Sequence record: OR846100.1 | DNA length: 1,283 nucleotides | Reading direction: 5' to 3' (one strand) | From: a phage | Part shown: positions 1 through 1,283 of the stretch, piece by piece | Numbering within the stretch: position 1 is the first letter of the stretch | How the letters are laid out: every line of letters starts with the position of its first letter | Made by a program: the position numbers and the translations under genes | The notes under the pieces: model-generated | The model's input: only the letters and a program-made list of their open reading frames with translations | What the model was told of the DNA's origin: nothing | Databases searched by the model: none

Positions 1-492
1 CGTCTGAGTTTTTCCAGTGCGGCGCGTAACTATAACGGCACCTACAGCGCCCAGCGGCAGGAGTTGGTCGAGTCCACGGATGGTTACCTGATCCTGCAGG
101 ACTGTTTTATTGGCGCGGTAACCCGCCCGGTGTACCGGACATGGCTGAATATGGTGGTTGCGGCAGGTCTGCTGAAAATTCCGGCGGATGTGGAGATGAA
201 AACGCTATATAACGCGACGTATTCCGGTCCGGTGATGCCGTGGATCGACCCGGTTAAGGAAGCTGAAGCCTGGAGAATTCAGATCCGGGGTGGTGCAGCG
301 ACAGAATCTGACTGGGTGCGTGCTGGTGGGCGCAATCCGGATGAGGTCAAACGTCGCCGCAAGGCTGAAATTGATGAAAACAGCAGACTGGGGCTGGTCT
401 TTGATACTGACCCCGTCAACGACAAAGGAGGCAACAGTGCCGGAACTGAACGACAGTATCAGCGCGACACCGAAAGCCAGCATGAAGAATAA
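1..492 (+). CDS. Phage portal protein, C-terminal portion (5'-truncated; gene continues upstream of the window)
   Basis: Frame 1 is open from base 1 with no stop until TAA at 490-492, so the TTG at 64 used by the ORF track is not the real start. Translation reads RLSFSSAARNYNGTYSAQRQELVESTDGYLILQDCFIGAVTRPVYRTWLNMVVAAGLL...KRRRKAEIDENSRLGLVFDTDPVNDKGGNSAGTERQYQRDTESQHEE, with an acidic/charged C-terminal tail. The portal assignment is by synteny only (gene immediately upstream of and overlapping the prohead protease); I cannot confirm the family by motif from memory. Confidence 0.6.
   Translation, partial: RLSFSSAARNYNGTYSAQRQELVESTDGYLILQDCFIGAVTRPVYRTWLNMVVAAGLLKIPADVEMKTLYNATYSGPVMPWIDPVKEAEAWRIQIRGGAATESDWVRAGGRNPDEVKRRRKAEIDENSRLGLVFDTDPVNDKGGNSAGTERQYQRDTESQHEE
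424..431 (+). promoter_or_regulatory. Shine-Dalgarno sequence (AAAGGAGG) for the protease gene, embedded in the 3' end of the upstream gene
   Basis: Near-consensus AAAGGAGG at 424-431; the AGGAGG core ends 5 nt before the in-frame GTG at 437-439. It lies inside the upstream ORF, consistent with translational coupling of adjacent phage morphogenesis genes. Confidence 0.55.
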
Positions 493-1283
493 ATCCTGGT
501 TCAGGATGCAGGCTGGGGGGCCGGGTGACGCGGATATTTATATTTATGACGAGATTGGTTTCTGGGGAGTTACCGCGAAGCAGTTTGTCAGCGAACTGAA
601 TGCACTGGGTGATATCACCCACATTAATCTCCATATCAATTCACCGGGTGGCGATGTCTTTGAAGGCATCGCCATTTTTAATGCCCTGAAAAATCAGGGG
701 GCGACCATTACCGTGTATGTGGATGGCGTTGCCGCCTCGATGGCATCTGTGATTGCGATGGCCGGTGATACGGTCATTATGCCGGAAAATGCCTTCATGA
801 TGATCCATAAGCCATGGGGATTCAGTGGCGGGGATGCTGAGGATATGCGCAGTTATGCCGATTTGCTGGATAAAGTCGAATCGGTACTGTTGCCAGCCTA
901 TGCGCAGAAAACCGGAAAAACCACCGATGAAATTGCCGCCATGCTGGCGGATGAAACCTGGATGTCCGGTGCCGAATGTCTGGCACACGGATTTGCTGAC
1001 CAGGTGACACCCGCTGTTGAGGCAATGGCATGTATTCAGTCAAAACGTACAGAGGAATTTAAAAAGATGCCGGAATCCATCCGAAACATGATTACTCCGC
1101 CACGCAACAGTGCCCCGCGTGATACCACAGTGACAATCCCTGCACCGGCGGTAACAGAACCATCACCGGTACCGGCAGTGTCTGATGAGGCGACCATTCG
1201 CGCCCGCGTTATGGCAGAACAGAAAGCCCGCATGTCAGGCATTAACGATCTGTTTGCCATGTTCGGTGGTCGCTATCAGACGC
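437..1283 (+). CDS. ClpP-like (S14-type) phage prohead maturation protease, possibly the N-terminal part of a protease-scaffold/capsid fusion protein (3'-truncated at window end)
   Basis: Frame 2 is open from 236 to the window end. Start is GTG 437 (preceded by AAAGGAGG at 424-431 with a 5-nt spacer) or ATG 482 (MKNKSWFRMQAGGPGDADIYIYDEIGFWG...). ClpP-type motifs are present: INSPGGDVFEGIAIFNAL (about 635-690), catalytic Ser in GVAASMASVIAMAGD (Ser codon TCG 737-739), His in MMIHKPWG (CAT 806-808), and Asp in LADETWMSGAECLAHGFAD (GAT 950-952), which aligns with E. coli ClpP ...RDRFLSAPEAVEYGLVD. Ser-His spacing is 23 residues, similar to ClpP. After about 1000 the ORF continues into a Pro-rich linker (TIPAPAVTEPSPVPAV) and a charged segment (ATIRARVMAEQKARMSGINDLF) with no stop. 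Confidence 0.88.
   Translation, partial: MPELNDSISATPKASMKNKSWFRMQAGGPGDADIYIYDEIGFWGVTAKQFVSELNALGDITHINLHINSPGGDVFEGIAIFNALKNQGATITVYVDGVAASMASVIAMAGDTVIMPENAFMMIHKPWGFSGGDAEDMRSYADLLDKVESVLLPAYAQKTGKTTDEIAAMLADETWMSGAECLAHGFADQVTPAVEAMACIQSKRTEEFKKMPESIRNMITPPRNSAPRDTTVTIPAPAVTEPSPVPAVSDEATIRARVMAEQKARMSGINDLFAMFGGRYQT

Noticed and set aside
64-66. TTG at 64 as the start of the upstream ORF (as drawn in the ORF track)
   Set aside because: Frame 1 is open all the way from base 1 with no upstream stop, so the gene almost certainly begins upstream of the window; the TTG is just the first start-like codon in the window.
374-376. In-frame ATG at 374 as an alternative, longer protease start
   Set aside because: It has only a weak AAGG about 9 nt upstream, and the added residues (MKTADWGWSLILTPSTTKEAT) are an out-of-frame read of the portal C-terminus with no resemblance to protease N-termini. 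GTG 437 and ATG 482 are better supported.
437-460. Similarity of the putative N-terminus (VPELNDSI) to the lambda gpC N-terminus (MTAELRNL), suggesting an S49-type lambda C protease
   Set aside because: The resemblance is a few residues only, whereas the catalytic region clearly matches the ClpP pattern (INSPGG, AASM, MIHKP) with ClpP-like Ser-His spacing, so the lambda gpC/S49 assignment is not supported.
515-520. G6 homopolymer (GGGGGG) early in the protease gene as a slippage or programmed frameshift site
   Set aside because: The ClpP-like frame reads through it cleanly (QAGGPGD) and continues into conserved motifs; there is no alternative frame with coding potential and no known frameshifting at this position in head proteases. 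At most it is a sequencing-error-prone site.
532-549. AT-rich tandem ATTTAT-ATTTAT resembling a promoter -10 element or short repeat
   Set aside because: It encodes the conserved DIYIYDEIG segment of the protease N-terminus and has no appropriately spaced -35-like element, so it is a coding constraint rather than a regulatory element.
205-634. Minus-strand ORFs 205..483 (92 aa) and 416..634 (72 aa)
   Set aside because: Both are entirely antisense to the well-supported + strand portal/protease genes, have no convincing RBS, and their translations are Arg/Cys/Phe-rich with no recognisable motifs. They are typical shadow ORFs of a GC-biased coding region.
641-1260. Minus-strand ORFs 641..988 (115 aa), 822..1043 (73 aa), 1036..1260 (74 aa), and + strand ORF 825..1007 (60 aa, alternate frame)
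   Set aside because: All lie within the ClpP-like protease ORF, whose frame carries the conserved catalytic motifs. The overlapping frames give low-complexity His/Arg/Pro/Cys-rich sequence, consistent with out-of-frame or antisense artefacts.

Overview
The whole window is coding on the + strand and looks like a canonical tailed-phage (prophage) head-morphogenesis module with Enterobacteriaceae-like codon usage. It holds two overlapping genes: the 3' end of a gene running in from upstream (frame 1, stop TAA at 490-492), most plausibly the portal protein by position, and a ClpP-like (S14-type) prohead maturation protease (frame 2) that starts at GTG 437 or ATG 482 and runs off the 3' end of the window. 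The protease call rests on motifs read directly from the translation: INSPGGDVFEGIAIFNAL, the catalytic Ser in GVAASMASVIAMAGD, the His in MMIHKPWG, and an Asp in LADETWMSGAECLAHGFAD that aligns with the ClpP active-site Asp region. After the protease domain the ORF continues into a Pro-rich linker and a charged, helix-like segment, which suggests a protease-scaffold or protease-capsid fusion architecture. There is no intergenic DNA, so no promoter or terminator is expected, and the minus-strand ORFs in the track are antisense shadows of these two genes. I see no evidence of a novel defence or accessory system here; the points worth a second look are the start-site ambiguity and overlap, a possible nested in-frame start, and the fusion architecture.
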